Assembly: GCA_002686885.1 (NCBI GenBank)
Contig: NYYT01000034.1
Coordinates: forward strand, 16,872-54,437
Reading direction: 5' to 3'
Source of the DNA: Pedosphaera sp.
GTDB taxonomy: Bacteria; Verrucomicrobiota; Verrucomicrobiia; Limisphaerales; AAA164-E04
Length of the DNA stretch: 37,566 nt
The notes beneath the pieces were generated by a model that was not told the DNA's origin, made no database searches, and worked only from the letters and a program-made list of their open reading frames with translations. The translations under genes and the position numbers were made by a program. Every line of letters begins with the position of its first letter. The first letter of the stretch is position 1. This document shows positions 37,553 to 37,566 of this stretch, one piece after another.

Positions 37553-37566
37553 AGCTGTTAACCTCC
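37549..37566 (+). CDS. Start of the next operon gene (GspK-like by gene order), truncated
   Basis: ATGA overlap with the GspJ-like stop. Only six codons (MKLLTS) are visible. Confidence 0.35.

Noticed and set aside
1-37566. CRISPR arrays, tRNA/rRNA, IS elements, prophage or defence genes
   Set aside because: By eye I saw no spaced direct repeats, tRNA-like arms, transposase or integrase motifs, or compositional islands. A covariance-model search was not possible.

Overview
A gene-dense bacterial chromosome segment of about 32 CDSs. I found no rRNA, tRNA, CRISPR array, integrase or transposase. The gene repertoire points to Verrucomicrobiota, probably Limisphaerales/Pedosphaerales (inference). 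It includes a PVC-type CxxCH heme protein, DUF1501, a DUF1559/H-X9-DG prepilin-like protein, a sulfatase, a lamin-tail/CotH giant protein and an extended adenylate kinase. Housekeeping genes (rsmB-like, uvrD/pcrA, cca, M16 peptidase, yacG, adk, an iscA-hscB-like-thiG-rfaE1-gmhB run, apgM, a GreA-like factor) are mixed with secreted or periplasmic proteins. The window ends in a type II secretion/pseudopilin operon (F, H, I, J and the start of the next gene). The most notable signals are: (1) three TnnAC(A/T) repeats in exact 11-bp phase over the -35 of the fasciclin gene, matching a CarH/LitR B12-photoreceptor operator; (2) a secreted protein built from four Cys/His modules in an ABAB pattern, behind a palindrome-flanked promoter; (3) an orphan intrinsic terminator in the leader of the GreA-like gene, a possible attenuator; (4) an HscB-like co-chaperone that lacks HPD; (5) a candidate C-terminal sorting domain on the CotH giant protein. 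No complete novel system can be proven from this window alone. All family names come from motif recognition, not database searches.
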